Of a stretch of DNA of 60,583 nucleotides, positions 8,943-18,096 are shown one piece after another. This stretch comes from an uncultured Bacteroidales bacterium (lineage in GTDB: Bacteria; Bacteroidota; Bacteroidia; Bacteroidales; ML635J-15): the NCBI GenBank assembly GCA_964418565.1, contig CAYQMB010000004.1:1-60583 (forward strand), read 5' to 3'. Position 1 is the first letter of the stretch, and every line of letters starts with the position of its first letter. Under the pieces are notes generated by a model that ran no database searches, had not been told where the DNA came from, and saw only the letters and a program-made list of their open reading frames with translations. Position numbers and translations under genes: made by a program.

Positions 8943-9040
8943 GTTGAGGGTTTGAGTTTTGAGTTATGAGTTTAGAGGTTTTGTAAAACTTTCAAACTTC
9001 AAACTTCAAACCTCAAACCTCAAACCTTCAACCTTCAAAT
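8942..9040. repeat. Inverted array of degenerate heptamer repeats
   Basis: About 5 units of the (T/G)TTTGAG type, central GTTTT-GT-AAAAC, then about 7 units of the C(T/C)TCAAA type. Confidence 0.75.
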
Positions 9041-9047
9041 CTTGCAC

Positions 9048-9078
9048 AAAAAAAAGGGACGTCCAAAATGAACATCCC
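9048..9078 (-). terminator. Intrinsic terminator of the hydrogenase operon
   Basis: Minus strand GGGATGTTCA-ttt-TGGACGTCCC followed by T8. Confidence 0.8.
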
Positions 9079-9106
9079 CTTAATTCTAGACAATAGTTGA
9101 TTTGGT

Positions 9107-10900
9107 TTAGTATCTCTTACGCCCTTTATAATGGGTGTGGAGCAATTCATGTGATTTGTGTCCGAGTGGTTCACCGAGGAACTCTTCGTACAGTGCCTGT
9201 ACCTCCGGATTTTCATGAGATTTCCGGATTTCGAGGCTGGAATCCTCTTCGTAAATGGCATCCATACGAGCCTGACGAATTTCATCACTGACAGGCATGG
9301 GTTGTCCGCCACCACCAAGACATCCGCCCGGGCAGGCCATGATTTCGATGAAGTGATATTCCATTTCGCCGGCTTTAACCTTCTTCATCAGTTTATTGGC
9401 GTTTGACAGCCCGTGAGCTATCGCGCAGCTAAGCTCAGCACCTTCGAGGAATCCCCATTCGGGTTTGACATCCTCAATTTTCACTTTGGCTTCTCTTACA
9501 CCTTGAAGGCCACGTACCGGTGTGATGTTAAGGTTGTCAAAGGGTACTTCGCGACCGGTTACGATTTCGTAAGCCGTACGCAGAGCAGCTTCCATTACAC
9601 CACCGGTAGCACCAAAGATAACAGCAGCACCTGATGAATCACCCATGATGCTGTCGTATTTTTCATCTTCAAGCTGACCGAAGTCGATTCCGGCCTGACG
9701 TACCATGGCAGCCAGTTCGCGGGTTGTGAGTACGTAGTCAACATCCTGGTATCCGCTGTCGCGCATTTCGGGACGGTTGGCTTCGTATTTTTTAGCAGTA
9801 CATGGCATGATGGAAACAGAAACCATATTTTCTGCTTTCATGCCTTTTTTCTGAGCGTAATAGGTTTTAGCCAGAGCACCGAACATCTGCTGTGGTGATT
9901 TACAGGTAGAAACGTTTGGCAGGTACTCAGGGAATTTATGCTCAATGAATTTCACCCATCCCGGTGAGCAGCTTGTGGTCATCGGAAGAGCAGTTTCAGT
10001 ATCTTTTTCAACCAGGGCTTTTTTCAGTCTGGTTAGCAACTCGGTGCCTTCTTCCATAATGGTAAGGTCGGCAGTAAAGTCGGTATCCAGTACAGAATCA
10101 AAACCAAGGCGACGCAATGCCGCTACCATTTTGCCGGTAACGCGGTTTCCGGGAGAAAGATCAAGGTCTTCACCCAGGCCAATACGTACTGCAGGTGCTG
10201 TTTGAACAACCACGTGCATGTTTGGGTTGTTGATAACATCCCAAACCTGATCGATGTAGTTTTTCTCAGTAAGTGCGCCTGTTGGGCAGTGAGTAACACA
10301 CTGACCGCAGTTGGTACATACCACGGAGTGCATGGGTTTGTCCATGAATGTGGCAATTTTCTGGTCTTCACCTTTATTGATGACAGCAAGTGCAGAAACC
10401 GACTGCAGTTCAGTACATGTGCGAACACAACGCTGGCAGCGGATGCATTTTGAATCATCTTTGATGATGGAAGGTGAAAAATCATCAATTGTATAGCCTT
10501 TCTCTTCCACCAGTTTCAGGAAGGTGTCTTCGTTGATACGGTACTCAATGGCGAGTTCCTGTAGTTCACATTTGCCGTTTTTGTAACAGCTTGTGCAATC
10601 GGATTTGTGCTCTGATAGCAGCAGTTCAACAACGTGTTTTCTGGCCTGCCTTACTTTTGCTGAGTTGGTAAACAGCTCCATGCCTTCGGAGACAGGAGTT
10701 GCACAGGCAGCCGGAAGGGTTCTGGCGCCTTTTTGTTCAACAACGCATACCCTGCAGTTACCGGCAACACAAAGGTCCGGGTGATGACAAAGCGTAGGAA
10801 TGCGGAATCCCAGTTTTTTAGCTGCGTCGAGAATAAGGGTTCCTTCTTCAACGGTTACCGGGATGTTGTTTATCTTAAGGTTAACTTCAAATTTTCCCAT
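9107..10900 (-). CDS. hydA: [FeFe]-hydrogenase group A catalytic subunit (HydA/HndD-like)
   Basis: H-cluster motifs TSCSPGW, MPCTAKKYE, EIMACPGGCLGGGGQP. N-terminal [2Fe-2S] (CHHPDLCVAGNCRVC), His-ligated [4Fe-4S] (HKSDCTSC...C) and two ferredoxin clusters (CIRCQRC, CTNCGQC). Start moved to ATG 10900. Confidence 0.93.
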   Translation of the reverse strand: MGKFEVNLKINNIPVTVEEGTLILDAAKKLGFRIPTLCHHPDLCVAGNCRVCVVEQKGARTLPAACATPVSEGMELFTNSAKVRQARKHVVELLLSEHKSDCTSCYKNGKCELQELAIEYRINEDTFLKLVEEKGYTIDDFSPSIIKDDSKCIRCQRCVRTCTELQSVSALAVINKGEDQKIATFMDKPMHSVVCTNCGQCVTHCPTGALTEKNYIDQVWDVINNPNMHVVVQTAPAVRIGLGEDLDLSPGNRVTGKMVAALRRLGFDSVLDTDFTADLTIMEEGTELLTRLKKALVEKDTETALPMTTSCSPGWVKFIEHKFPEYLPNVSTCKSPQQMFGALAKTYYAQKKGMKAENMVSVSIMPCTAKKYEANRPEMRDSGYQDVDYVLTTRELAAMVRQAGIDFGQLEDEKYDSIMGDSSGAAVIFGATGGVMEAALRTAYEIVTGREVPFDNLNITPVRGLQGVREAKVKIEDVKPEWGFLEGAELSCAIAHGLSNANKLMKKVKAGEMEYHFIEIMACPGGCLGGGGQPMPVSDEIRQARMDAIYEEDSSLEIRKSHENPEVQALYEEFLGEPLGHKSHELLHTHYKGRKRY

Positions 10901-10930
10901 GATATCTAGAATTTTTGAGTTCAATAATAA

Positions 10931-12097
10931 TTAGTAAATGATTTCTTCTTTAAAATGGGTTACAATCGAGGTGAAGGGATTGTAAACAGACTGTCCGAGG
11001 CCGCATTTGGATGCAGTGTTCATGGTTTCAGCCAGTTGTTTCAGATCTTCAAGGTATGAAGGATCTTTTTCACCTGATTTAACGGCTTCAATGCCTTTAA
11101 GCAGTTGTTGACAACCAACACGGCATGGCGTACACTGTCCGCAGGATTCTTCTGCAAAGAATTCCAGGTAATCATGCAGTACATTGTACATGGAGCGTGA
11201 TGAATTGAAAAGCATCATTGATCCGCCGGTAGGAACACCTTCGTATCCGATAATCTGGTCTTCGAATTTTTTCCGTGGAACACAGAGTCCTGAAGCACCA
11301 CCAATTTGTACTGCTTTGGTATCACCGTCGCCATATTCGTTGACGAATTCGCTTACCTGCAATCCCATTTCAAGCTCATAGATGCCAGCGGTTGGCGTGT
11401 CTCCGGATACTGAGAAAACTTTGGATCCGCGTGAGTCGTTGGTACCGAGTTCTTTAAAACCTTCCGGTCCGTATTTGTTGATCATGGTAGCGTATACCAG
11501 GGTTTCAACATTGTTGATAACGGTTGGTTTGTTCAGGTAACCGGCTTTGGTAGGATAAGGTGGTTTGTTTCTGGGCTCACCACGTTTGCCTTCCATGGAT
11601 TCGAACAGGGCTGATTCTTCGCCGCAGATGTATGCACCGCTTCCCCAGCGTAATTCGATTTCGAATTCCATGCCTTTGTCTTTTACCGCTTTGTTAAATT
11701 CATCCAGTTGTTTCTGAAGGGTTTTGCGCATAAAACGGTATTCGGCACGCACATAAATAAATCCTTTCTTAGCACCAACAGCGTACCCGGCAATTGCCAT
11801 ACCTGTAAAAACTTTACCCGGAACCTGCTCAAGGATTTCCCGGTCTTTAAAAGTACCGGGTTCGCCTTCGTCAGCGTTGCAAATGATAAATTTATCAAAT
11901 GCATCTTCGCTGCGTGTGAATTTCCATTTCAGGCCAGTTGGAAAACCAGCGCCACCACGACCCCTAAGGCCGGAGTCGATCATGTCAAGGATGATGTCGT
12001 CGGGTGAACGTTTGATAACCTTGTCCAGCACCGCCAACGCATCACATCCTTCTTTATCAAAAATAAGGTCTACTTTATTTAATTTCTTAAAATCCAT
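10931..12097 (-). CDS. hydB: NuoF-like FMN/NADH-binding hydrogenase beta subunit (short form)
   Basis: GLRGRGGAGFPTGLKW, NADEGEPGTFKDR, GAYICGEE, CGQCTPCRVG...CGLG; only 388 aa. Confidence 0.9.
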   Translation of the reverse strand: MDFKKLNKVDLIFDKEGCDALAVLDKVIKRSPDDIILDMIDSGLRGRGGAGFPTGLKWKFTRSEDAFDKFIICNADEGEPGTFKDREILEQVPGKVFTGMAIAGYAVGAKKGFIYVRAEYRFMRKTLQKQLDEFNKAVKDKGMEFEIELRWGSGAYICGEESALFESMEGKRGEPRNKPPYPTKAGYLNKPTVINNVETLVYATMINKYGPEGFKELGTNDSRGSKVFSVSGDTPTAGIYELEMGLQVSEFVNEYGDGDTKAVQIGGASGLCVPRKKFEDQIIGYEGVPTGGSMMLFNSSRSMYNVLHDYLEFFAEESCGQCTPCRVGCQQLLKGIEAVKSGEKDPSYLEDLKQLAETMNTASKCGLGQSVYNPFTSIVTHFKEEIIY

Positions 12098-12127
12098 ACC
12101 TGTAAATTTTGAGGTTTTGTGTTAAAA

Positions 12128-12592
12128 TTATTTAGCCATGTAATCTTCAATGATCTTAATGACTTTCTCTTTGGTTAGCTCGGTGTAGATGTCATCATTT
12201 ATCAGCATAGCCGGCCCTTTGTGACACCAGCCCATGCAATTGGCAGTTAATAATGTAAACTGCTTGTCCGGAGTGGTTTCTCCAATGTCTACCTTAAGCT
12301 GATTTTTTAGCGTGTTAATAATTTCATCTTTACCAGCCATGTGGCATGAGATGGTTTTGCATACCCGGATTACATACTTGCCCCTGGGCACAGTATCCAG
12401 GAATGTGTAAAATGTTGCAGTGCCGTACACATCGGCAGTAGAAATATCGAGGGCTTCAGCAACGGCTATCATGTCTTCTTCATCGAGGTGATTTTTCTCC
12501 TCAACGATAGCCTGCAGAATCGGCATTAAAGCCTCACGCTTCGGTCCGATGCTCTCAATTTTTCCCTGAATTAATTCCTTTACATCAGTCAT
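12128..12592 (-). CDS. hydC: NuoE-like [2Fe-2S] thioredoxin-fold hydrogenase gamma subunit
   Basis: VYGTATFY, VCKTISC, CMGWCHKGP. Start moved to ATG 12592. Confidence 0.9.
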   Translation of the reverse strand: MTDVKELIQGKIESIGPKREALMPILQAIVEEKNHLDEEDMIAVAEALDISTADVYGTATFYTFLDTVPRGKYVIRVCKTISCHMAGKDEIINTLKNQLKVDIGETTPDKQFTLLTANCMGWCHKGPAMLINDDIYTELTKEKVIKIIEDYMAK

Positions 12593-12609
12593 GATATTAA
12601 CTTGTTTAG

Positions 12610-12627
12610 TTGTTATGAATTTAACAT
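12610..12627. promoter_or_regulatory. Rex-like palindromic operator candidate
   Basis: TTGTTATGAATTTAACAT, with perfect core TGTTA-N6-TAACA, in the 5' leader of hydC. Confidence 0.4.
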
Positions 12628-12646
12628 TGTTATTTGTTTCACATAT

Positions 12647-12654
12647 CAAACATA
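12647..12654 (-). promoter_or_regulatory. -7 promoter element (TATGTTTG) of hydCBA
   Basis: TAnnTTTG match, oriented toward hydC. Confidence 0.55.
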
Positions 12655-12830
12655 TCTTAACGTCTTGATAGTCAGGTTAAATTTATTTTTTTGCCTTGCC
12701 GGCAAACATGATAAATGTCATGTTTAATGTATCTTAATGTGGATTAAGTTTAAATAGAATTCCGGGGAGGTGTAAACAGGTTGACATGCAAGGGCTAAGA
12801 ATCGTTTCTGTTGTGGAGCATAAATGCGTA

Positions 12831-13421
12831 TCAATGGAAAATCGGTTCATAATATGATGCTGATTCTGGATTCAGCATGCCGTTGATAAGGTACATCCCA
12901 TCGTAGGTTTTGAGGCTTTCCGGTGTGATAATGGCTGGCTTAATGATACCGTTCGCAAGGAGCATCGAACGCCGGCACCCCTTAAGCAGGGGGCGCGATG
13001 GCGTGTATAACTGATCGTTACGTTTGAATGCCAGGTTGGCATAAGAGCTGTCTGTGACTTCTCCCTTGCGAACGATGATGATGTCATATCCGGGTGGAAT
13101 ATCTGCTTTTAGCTTTTCCAGTGCACTGCGATCCTCGTATTTCCAGGAATAATTCAGATTGTCACCGTTTACAAGATGAAAGCCTGATATCCGAACCGGC
13201 TCGTACGGCCGGCATGTGATTTGTCTCACCTTATCATCATATACAAGGCGTAATTTATGACGCTCCTGAATGTGACGGTAGTCCTGAATTATATTCCGCA
13301 GGTCGGGTGGTTCTGAACCCGGATAAAACCTATCCATGCAGGCATTCATGCGTTGCTGATGCCAGGGCAGGAGCGGGGCTTCTCCTTGTTCTATCCGTAT
13401 GCTTTCAATAAACCGGCACAT
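12831..13421 (-). CDS. pabC: Aminotransferase class IV family / 4-amino-4-deoxychorismate lyase
   Basis: FIESIRI, YSWKYEDR, DSSYANL, TPSRPLLKGCRR; overlaps the end of pabB. Confidence 0.8.
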   Translation of the reverse strand: MCRFIESIRIEQGEAPLLPWHQQRMNACMDRFYPGSEPPDLRNIIQDYRHIQERHKLRLVYDDKVRQITCRPYEPVRISGFHLVNGDNLNYSWKYEDRSALEKLKADIPPGYDIIIVRKGEVTDSSYANLAFKRNDQLYTPSRPLLKGCRRSMLLANGIIKPAIITPESLKTYDGMYLINGMLNPESASYYEPIFH

Positions 13422-14385
13422 AGATTTTTTGAATCAGTTCTTCATATTCCTTATCCGCATCACTAAAGCTTGTGATACCACCTCCGCTTTTGTAAAACAT
13501 CTTTCCCTCTTGTTCGGTAATCATTCGAATCATTACAAAACTGTCAGCACGCTCACCATCAAACAAACAGGTAACACCGGTATAAAATCCGCGTTGGTGG
13601 TTTTCAACTTCAGATATGATTTTCACCGTCTTTTTTTTTGGCGCTCCGGTAATGCTACCGGCCGGAAGTAATTTGAAAAACATGTCGCCTATGGTGGCCT
13701 GCCAGTTTTCAGGCAATGTGCCGGTGATTTCGGTACTGGTTTGCAACAACCGGTTGCGGTTGGTTTCTATGCTGTCAATGTAGCGGTACCGGCTTACTTC
13801 TACATCATCCGCTATGATGCTCAGATCATTACGAAGCAAATCCGTGATGGTATAGTGTTCTGCCTGTTCCTTGCTGTCATTTAGTAAGTTGCTTTTTGCA
13901 TCCGGCAGATCTGCATCAATTGTCCCTTTCATGGGGAATGTTTTAATGGTATTTTCGGATATACGGACAAAGCTTTCGGGTGAAAAGCATACAAACCGGT
14001 CCCTGACCCATAACTTGTACCTGGCCTTGCTGATGTCGAATATTTCCCGGATTGATGCGTCCGATTCAAGGGGGACTTCAAAACTGAGATTGCACAGGTA
14101 GCTGTTGCCGCGAGAAATGTGTTTGCTGACCTTATCAAATGCTTTTTGATAGCTGCTATGTTGCGGTGGTGTAAATTCAATGATGGGCTTTGATACTATA
14201 TGCTTCTCCGGTTTTGTGCCAGGCATTTCAGGAAAGGAAAAGCGCAGATAATCATCCTTAATATCCATCAGATCAAAAAAAAGATTGGTTTCCATGTCAT
14301 AGCTGATAACAGCCAGAAATGGCTTGCGGGCTTTCCCGTATGCGTTCATTTTGCGCTTTATAATATCTCCTTTTATTTCTTTCAC
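13405..14385 (-). CDS. pabB: Aminodeoxychorismate synthase component I (short Bacteroidetes type)
   Basis: GNSYLCNL, FSPESF, TFPMKGTI, KEQAEHYTITDLLRNDL, PAGSITGAPK, YKSGGGIT. Confidence 0.88.
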   Translation of the reverse strand: MKEIKGDIIKRKMNAYGKARKPFLAVISYDMETNLFFDLMDIKDDYLRFSFPEMPGTKPEKHIVSKPIIEFTPPQHSSYQKAFDKVSKHISRGNSYLCNLSFEVPLESDASIREIFDISKARYKLWVRDRFVCFSPESFVRISENTIKTFPMKGTIDADLPDAKSNLLNDSKEQAEHYTITDLLRNDLSIIADDVEVSRYRYIDSIETNRNRLLQTSTEITGTLPENWQATIGDMFFKLLPAGSITGAPKKKTVKIISEVENHQRGFYTGVTCLFDGERADSFVMIRMITEQEGKMFYKSGGGITSFSDADKEYEELIQKIYVPVY

Positions 14386-14394
14386 AAAAAGCTG

Positions 14395-14424
14395 TATTTT
14401 TGATGATTCAGCATTGCAAAGATA
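14395..14424. promoter_or_regulatory. Two interlocking -7 elements: TATTTTTG (+, 14395-14402) and TATCTTTG (-, 14417-14424)
   Basis: Both match TAnnTTTG and face pabA and pabB respectively. Confidence 0.45.
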
Positions 14425-14999
14425 TGAAAAACTGTTTGCTCATCGATTGCTACGATTCATTTACCCATAAGCTTGCTCAGATCCTGGCAAAAGCAGGTAA
14501 AATGCAGGTGCACATTCGCCCCTGGGATAAACTGAAAATGGAGGAGCTGAGCATGGCTGATTGTGTGGTGCTTTCACCGGGCCCGGGCTTGCCACATGAG
14601 TACCCGGCTTTATTCCGCTTTCTGGCAAAACTGCATGATAAACCTGTGCTGGGCATTTGTATGGGGCATCAAATAATGGCATTATACTGTGGTGCCCGAC
14701 TTAGCCATCTACCGCATGTCATGCACGGTCAAAAGCAGAGCCTGATAATAAAGCACGAGGATGCTATGTTTGACGGGCTCTCCGGAAAAAACGCGGCATT
14801 GAGCATTGGTTTGTATCATTCCTGGTATGTTACAGGCTTGCCTCAGCAGCTTAGATTGCTGGCAGAAAACCAGGATGGAATAGCTATGGCAATCAGGCAT
14901 AAGGTATATCCATGGCACAGCCTGCAATTTCATCCGGAAAGCTATATGACAGAGCATGGCCTTCGCATGCTGAAAAACTGGCTTGAATCCCTGGATTGA
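14424..14999 (+). CDS. pabA: Glutamine amidotransferase component II of ADC/anthranilate synthase
   Basis: IDCYDSFT, SPGPGLP, nucleophile GICMGHQ, YHSW, QFHPES. Start moved to ATG 14424. Confidence 0.85.
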   Translation: MKNCLLIDCYDSFTHKLAQILAKAGKMQVHIRPWDKLKMEELSMADCVVLSPGPGLPHEYPALFRFLAKLHDKPVLGICMGHQIMALYCGARLSHLPHVMHGQKQSLIIKHEDAMFDGLSGKNAALSIGLYHSWYVTGLPQQLRLLAENQDGIAMAIRHKVYPWHSLQFHPESYMTEHGLRMLKNWLESLD

Positions 15000-15003
15000 G
15001 CAT

Positions 15004-15633
15004 TTATGCAAGTTGGTCGGCTATCATAAATACAGCAGAAATAATATACTCCACACCAATGGCAATCACAATGAAGCCAATTAAGCGGCTCAGGGAACTT
15101 AGGCCGGTTGCACCCAGGCGTTTGTTAATAACCTGCGCAGAGCGTAAAATCAGGTAAGTAAGAAAGCCTGTTACCAGGATGGTGCTGGTAATTAACAGGT
15201 AATATTCCCATGAGGGATACTCTTTGCTGTAGGAAATCAGCAGCGATATGGCTCCCGGTCCGGCAAGCATTGGTATGGCCAGGGGGGATATGGATGAATC
15301 ATCCTTGGCTATGGCATCGGCTTCTACTTTCTTGTTCATGCCTTTATGCTTGCTGAAATTTCCTGTTAACAGAGCAAAACCTGAACTTCCGATGATGATG
15401 CCACCAGTGATTTTCAGAGATGCAATGCTTATACCAAAAAAGTTCATAATATACGTGCCTACCAAAAAGAAAACCACCAGGATGATTATCATGAACAAAC
15501 TGGCACGGAATGCAGTGCGGTTTCTTTCCTGTTTGCTGTCATATTGCGTAATGCTGATGAATACAGGCAGTGTCCCGAATGGGTTGACCACGGAAAACAA
15601 GGCTGCAAAAACCATAAACCAAAATCCTAGCAT
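15004..15633 (-). CDS. MarC family (NAAT) membrane protein
   Basis: VVNPFGTLPVF, PLAIPMLAGPGAIS, RLIGFIVIAIGV; six TM segments. Confidence 0.88.
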   Translation of the reverse strand: MLGFWFMVFAALFSVVNPFGTLPVFISITQYDSKQERNRTAFRASLFMIIILVVFFLVGTYIMNFFGISIASLKITGGIIIGSSGFALLTGNFSKHKGMNKKVEADAIAKDDSSISPLAIPMLAGPGAISLLISYSKEYPSWEYYLLITSTILVTGFLTYLILRSAQVINKRLGATGLSSLSRLIGFIVIAIGVEYIISAVFMIADQLA

Positions 15634-15762
15634 AAATCGTTTTTGTTATTCGAGATTAAACATGCTGCAAAAGTAGTATTTTCTGAATGAATCCGGGTAA
15701 TACAACGGCTGCTTAACAATTATTGATTAATATTGTTTAGATAAAAAAAGAGAAAAGGAACT

Positions 15763-15972
15763 ATGGCCAGAGAATCAATTTTTACCATCATTCAAAAACG
15801 CTTGTTCAGAGAATGGTACCGTGGAAAGAATCGGGATGCTGAATCCGGTACTGATGCTGATCCTTCTATGGATGCCTATTTGAAAAAAGAAAAACGCAGG
15901 AGCAATTTTCGTTTACTGGTGGCTGTTTTAATTGCCATTGCTGTTGCGGCTGCAATCTTTTTTCTGGTGTGA
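15763..15972 (+). CDS. Small hypothetical protein with C-terminal TM helix
   Basis: ATG with A-rich upstream; KKEKRR followed by a terminal hydrophobic 20-mer; fills the intergenic gap. Confidence 0.55.
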   Translation: MARESIFTIIQKRLFREWYRGKNRDAESGTDADPSMDAYLKKEKRRSNFRLLVAVLIAIAVAAAIFFLV

Positions 15973-15983
15973 TAACCCAATTC

Positions 15984-17072
15984 TTATCGTGATCGGGCAA
16001 TAATGCCTCCGCCGACAACATCATCGCCTTCATACATTACAGCGGATTGTCCCGGGGTAACAGCATGCAGGGGCCGGCTTAAAACAGCCTTCCATTGCTC
16101 TCCGTCCCGGAATATGCGGCCGGGCATGGCAGGCGTATTGTAACGGATTTTGATATCCACATCCAGACCATCAGGAGGCAGTTCATATTTTATCCAGTTG
16201 CTGTTGTCCAGCCTGAGCTCAGTTTTTTCCAGGTCTTCATACCTTCCCAGTTTGATGGTGTTTTTTGCCGGATTGATTGACAGCACATAAGCCGGATAGC
16301 CCAGGGCAATGTTCAGTCCCTTGCGCTGTCCGATGGTGTAGAACGGATAGCCTTTGTGCCTGCCAAGCTTTTTCCCTTGTTTATCCACAAACCAGCCTTC
16401 ACCAACCTGCTCATCAATATCCGGTACAGCATCCCGCAAAAATCGCCGGTAATCGTTGTCCGGAATAAAACAGATTTCCTGGCTTTCCCGTTTCTCTGCG
16501 ATGCGTTCAAAACCGTATTCACGTGCAATTTCGCGTGCTTTATCTTTTGTCAGATTGCCCAGTGGAAACAATGTGTGGCTGAGCTGGTTCTGTGTGAGCG
16601 TCCACAAAAAATACGACTGGTCTTTTTTCAAATCCACCCCCCGCTGTAGTATATAGCGATTATCAGCTCTTCGGATGCGTGCGTAATGCCCCGTAGCAAA
16701 GCGTGTATGACCGCGTTTTTCCATCTCATCAAGCAACACGCCCCACTTTATATGCGTATTGCATACCACGCACGGGTTTGGTGTCCGGCCTTTCAGGTAT
16801 TCATCAATAAAATCCTGAACAACGTATTTGTCAAAACTCTCGCGTATGTCAATAATGGTGTGGGGAAAATTCAGTTTGCGGGCAAGTTCCCTGGCTTCCA
16901 GCATGGTGTCGGCATTGCAGCAGCCCTGCTCTTTCTCATCGCAGGATGGCAACTGGTAATCTTCCCACATTTTAAACGTAATACCTTCAAGCTGATAACC
17001 GGCTTCCTGAAGTAAAATAGCCGATACTGAGCTGTCGGTTCCACCGCTCATTGCCAGTAATATGTTTTTCAT
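15984..17072 (-). CDS. mnmA: tRNA 2-thiouridine(34) synthase
   Basis: AMSGGTDSS, TPNPCVVCN, ATGHYA, KDQSYFL, ESQEICF, YTIGQRKGL, VTPGQSAV. Confidence 0.96.
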   Translation of the reverse strand: MKNILLAMSGGTDSSVSAILLQEAGYQLEGITFKMWEDYQLPSCDEKEQGCCNADTMLEARELARKLNFPHTIIDIRESFDKYVVQDFIDEYLKGRTPNPCVVCNTHIKWGVLLDEMEKRGHTRFATGHYARIRRADNRYILQRGVDLKKDQSYFLWTLTQNQLSHTLFPLGNLTKDKAREIAREYGFERIAEKRESQEICFIPDNDYRRFLRDAVPDIDEQVGEGWFVDKQGKKLGRHKGYPFYTIGQRKGLNIALGYPAYVLSINPAKNTIKLGRYEDLEKTELRLDNSNWIKYELPPDGLDVDIKIRYNTPAMPGRIFRDGEQWKAVLSRPLHAVTPGQSAVMYEGDDVVGGGIIARSR

Positions 17073-17084
17073 ATGCCAGAGATA

Positions 17085-17912
17085 TTAACGGTTACGGTTG
17101 CGCATGAAATACTTCATTGGGTTGCGCATGAAATCTTCCGGGTCATCAATTTCTTCCTGATGATCTTTGGCGTAATCCGCTTTTTCCTGAAATTCGTTAG
17201 CCAGGCTGTCGCGGTCAGTACGTTCACCATTGACATATTCCACAATCTTCAGCTCTCCTTTATTGTTGCGCATTTTCCACTCACCAACCCGTTTTCCGTT
17301 TTCAAAAATTCCCTTTTCGTCTACCTGACCATTGGGCAGTTTGTAGACAAATTCGCCATGACGAACACCCTCATGATAAAATCCTTTTTCGCGTATGTTC
17401 CCATTGTGAAAATAATAGATGTATTCGCCTTCTTTTACATCATCCTGAAAATGATTTACCAGCATTACATGGCCGTTTTTAAAGAAGTTGATTTCTTCGC
17501 CGTTTTTTATGCCATCGGTGTAATCCACTTCACTTTCTTTGTCTCCGGACGGATAATAAAATACCCAGCGTCCGTTTTTTTCACGCTCCTGATTGAAATT
17601 CCCGTAGGATGCCAGCGTGCCATCTTCATAGTACAATTTCGCGCGTGAGCTCCCCTTATCATTAAAAATCTGACGGGCTTTTATTTCACCATTGGGATGA
17701 TAATGCCAAAACGTATCCTGCGGCTGGTCATCGATAAAAAAGCCCCGGTAACGCATTTGACCGTTGTCGTAATACTTTATCCACCGGCCCTGTTTGTTGC
17801 CGTTAATGTCCGTAAAGTTCAGCGTTGTATCTTCTCCGGTTTCCTGAGCTGTCAGGCCTGCCGGAATGAAAAATAACAAAACGAGAATGATGTTTATGTA
17901 TCGGTTGTCCAT
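17085..17912 (-). CDS. Exported MORN-variant repeat protein (YwqK-antitoxin-like family)
   Basis: Signal peptide; repeated KxGxWxxYYxNG/YxxG motifs. Confidence 0.8.
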   Translation of the reverse strand: MDNRYINIILVLLFFIPAGLTAQETGEDTTLNFTDINGNKQGRWIKYYDNGQMRYRGFFIDDQPQDTFWHYHPNGEIKARQIFNDKGSSRAKLYYEDGTLASYGNFNQEREKNGRWVFYYPSGDKESEVDYTDGIKNGEEINFFKNGHVMLVNHFQDDVKEGEYIYYFHNGNIREKGFYHEGVRHGEFVYKLPNGQVDEKGIFENGKRVGEWKMRNNKGELKIVEYVNGERTDRDSLANEFQEKADYAKDHQEEIDDPEDFMRNPMKYFMRNRNR

Positions 17913-17936
17913 GGATATCCTTTTTCTTTATAACTG

Positions 17937-17944
17937 CAAAACTA
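17937..17944 (-). promoter_or_regulatory. -7 element (TAGTTTTG) for MORN gene-mnmA
   Basis: TAnnTTTG match. Confidence 0.5.
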
Positions 17945-18096
17945 CGTGATTTATTTTATTACAAAAATAATGCCGCTGACAAAGTTAAAAAAATGTGTAA
18001 ACAGATTTCCGTTATATCCCAAAGCTATATCATTATCAGACCTACGGATTTTAGGACAAAGTCGGAGGATGAGTAACCAATGGGAAATGAGGAAAC

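Noticed and set aside
17085-17912. Toxin-antitoxin system implied by the YwqK-antitoxin-like label
   Set aside because: No toxin gene nearby; the protein has a signal peptide and is co-oriented with housekeeping mnmA. It is just a MORN-variant repeat protein.
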